Positions 62,150-64,000 of a stretch of 64,000 nt of DNA are shown in pieces (position 1 is the stretch's first letter; every line of letters begins with the position of its first letter). Source of the DNA: Basidiobolus meristosporus CBS 931.73. Its lineage: Eukaryota; Fungi; Basidiobolomycota. Both the position numbers and the translations under genes were made by a program. The notes below the pieces were generated by a model. It had not been told where the DNA came from. It ran no database searches and was given only the letters and a program-made list of their open reading frames with translations. The stretch spans positions 82,378 to 146,377 of the forward strand of contig MCFE01000166.1 in the NCBI GenBank assembly GCA_002104905.1. Direction: 5' to 3'.

Positions 62150-63432
62150 GGTTAGGGGGGGAGACAGTCACCAACAGGTGAAATCTTTATTTCAGTTGAA
62201 ACAAAGAAGCCAGCGCTACTGTTGTAGCTTTGATACAAGAGTGTGTAGCTGAGGGGAATTTGTAGGTAAGTTAATAAGAAGTGATGATAGCTCTTCAGTG
62301 CTCAAGACACTGTTCAGTGGGAAGGGGGGTAGCAAGAGAGGTAAGAATGACTTGTGAACAACATTAATGAGGGGAATGTGATAAGGATTGATATTCATCA
62401 TAAATGGAGTGTGCTGCTGCAGATATTGCTGCCAAAGGTCTGTCAAGTACTTCAGGTAGGCCAGCTTGGGTTTTTCTGACTGCAGAATAAAGTGAGCAAA
62501 CTTCTTGACTTCAGGATCTCCAATTATAGTTCTCCAGCAGGAGCCAGGTGTTGTGTGGTGTGTTCTCTTCCAGGCCTTAATCAGTGGGTTGTTGTAGTTG
62601 TGAAGTCTGAGGTATAATCTGGTTCTAAGGTAGAGAAGTCTGATCTTATAGGGCATAAACCCAAAAGCACCAAGAATAGCATGTCTGTAGGGGCATTCAG
62701 GCAAATGAGGCACCAAGGAGGTAATGCACCATACTGCAAACTTGTCAAGCTTAGTGCAGTCTCTAGAAGTAAGAGAGAGAAGTGGTAAGCCAAATTCCAG
62801 GACAGGGAAGACAAACTGCTTGAGTAGAAGGAGGCAGCTGGGAGCTGAAGTTGTAGGAGGAGTAACAGCCAACAGCTTGTGGAGTGCCTGTCTTGCAAGG
62901 ATAATTCTCTTCTTCAGGTGTGCTCCAGAGTCTAGTCCAGTAGGAAGGAAAGGAAAGCCAAGATATGTAGCAGAAACCTGAGCAGGTAGAGTGGAGTTCT
63001 CCAAGTTGATGGGAGAGCCCAAAGGTACTGTCTTTGCAATGGAAAGCTGCAGATTATTCTTCTGCAGATACTGGTGGATGGTCTGGGAGTCTTGTTGCAC
63101 ATTGGAGGAGGATATTCTGATGTCATCAGCAAAGAGAGTAACCAGGCAGTCAGCTGAGAGTCTTGGGAAGTCATTCAGGAAGATGGCAAACAGTATAGGA
63201 CCAAGCACAGAGCCTTGAACCACTCCATTAGGAACTGAGAACACAGCTGATTGCTCACTTGGGTGCAGAATTCTTGCTTGTGGATCCAGAAACAGAGACC
63301 TGACAAGGAGGGTGAGAGAGGTACTGGAGAAGCATTGCAACTTGGACCAAAGCAGATTTCTGTCAACTGAATCAAAGGCCTTAGTAATATCAAACAGAAC
63401 AGAGGGATACTTGCACTGGAGAGAGTGATCTT
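62150..63432 (-). mobile_element. Telomere-associated LINE, copy 2 (5'-truncated within RT)
   Basis: Starts at GGTTAGGGGGGG; 54-nt 3' UTR; open RT frame. Confidence 0.92.
62216..63432 (-). CDS. Non-LTR retrotransposon reverse transcriptase (domains 3-7, thumb and C-terminus), 5'-truncated
   Basis: FDITKAFDSVDR, GVVQGSVLGPILF, LFADD, TYLGF motifs. The ORF-track start at 63460 crosses the junction into the next copy and is artefactual. Confidence 0.9.
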
Positions 63433-63740
63433 GGCTTAGGGGGGGGGAGACAGTCACCAACAGGTGAAATCTTTATTTCAGTTGAAACAAAGAAGCCAGC
63501 GCTACTGTTGTAGCTTTGATACAAGAGTGTGTAGCTGAGGGGAATTTGTAGGTAAGTTAATAAGAAGTGATGATAGCTCTTCAGTGCTCAAGACACTGTT
63601 CAGTGGGAAGGGGGGTAGCAAGAGAGGTAAGAATGACTTGTGAACAACATTAATGAGGGGAATGTGATAAGGATTGATATTCATCATAAATGGAGTGTGC
63701 TGCTGCAGATATTGCTGCCAAAGGTCTGTCAAGTACTTCA
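63433..63740 (-). mobile_element. Telomere-associated LINE, copy 3 (3' 293 bp)
   Basis: Appears identical to 62162-62454; followed by (GGGTTA)3. Confidence 0.9.
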
Positions 63741-63765
63741 GGGTTAGGGTTAGGGTTAGGGGGGG
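63741..63765 (+). repeat. Telomeric repeat tract (GGGTTA)3 plus oligo-G
   Basis: GGGTTAGGGTTAGGGTTAGGGGGGG; G-rich strand on plus implies the chromosome end lies to the right. Confidence 0.9.
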
Positions 63766-64000
63766 AGGAAAGTCACCAAGTGGTGAAATCTTTATTTACT
63801 TATGACAAGTATCTAAAGAAGCCAAGTTAATCTGAAGTAATTCCTAGAAAGCTAGGTCTGAGAGATATCTTCCTGGTAAGCCAGGTCTGAGAGTTGAGAA
63901 GCTGAGTGGTACTATATTTCCTAGTTAGCTAGGTCTGAGAGTGGTTTCCTGGAAAGCCAGGCCTGAGAAGTGAGAATCTGAATATATCTGAGCTAAGTTA
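63766..64000 (-). mobile_element. SINE copy 3 (3' part, runs off the window)
   Basis: Matches 61105-61340. Confidence 0.85.

Noticed and set aside
62216-63460. Penelope-like (Coprina/Athena) identity for the telomeric RT
   Set aside because: Motifs (DITKAFDSV, QGSVLGP, FADD) are LINE-type, and no pseudo-LTR or hammerhead core was seen.

Overview
This is eukaryotic (fungal) genomic DNA. The short spliceosomal introns, TTAGGG-type repeats and gene set support that; an early-diverging lineage is plausible but is only an inference. The window has three compartments. (1) 1-33.3 kb is a CpG-depleted nest of transposable elements: Ty3/gypsy relics, a nearly complete Ty1/copia element with a half-tRNA PBS, several relics of a CACTA/CMC family, and two full-length two-ORF PIF/Harbinger-superfamily elements plus fragments. 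(2) 33.3-58.4 kb is a CpG-rich gene island: mitochondrial carrier, IPP-2-like, tandem-CCCH protein, PZP-domain chromatin reader, Whi5/Nrm1-motif protein, Ras, RPS2, two V-ATPase c genes encoding identical proteins, a DUF229-like membrane protein, REEP/HVA22, MED21 and a decaying repeat protein. (3) 58.5-64 kb is a probable right chromosome end. It holds a head-to-tail array of 5'-truncated non-LTR (LINE) RT elements and a 517-bp tRNA-promoter SINE. Both share a 3' stem-loop tail, all copies point the same way, and each is joined through (GG)GTTAG plus an oligo-G tract. This apparent telomere-targeted LINE/SINE pair is the most interesting feature. No CRISPR, rRNA or intact tRNA genes were seen. 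All calls are by eye, without database searches.
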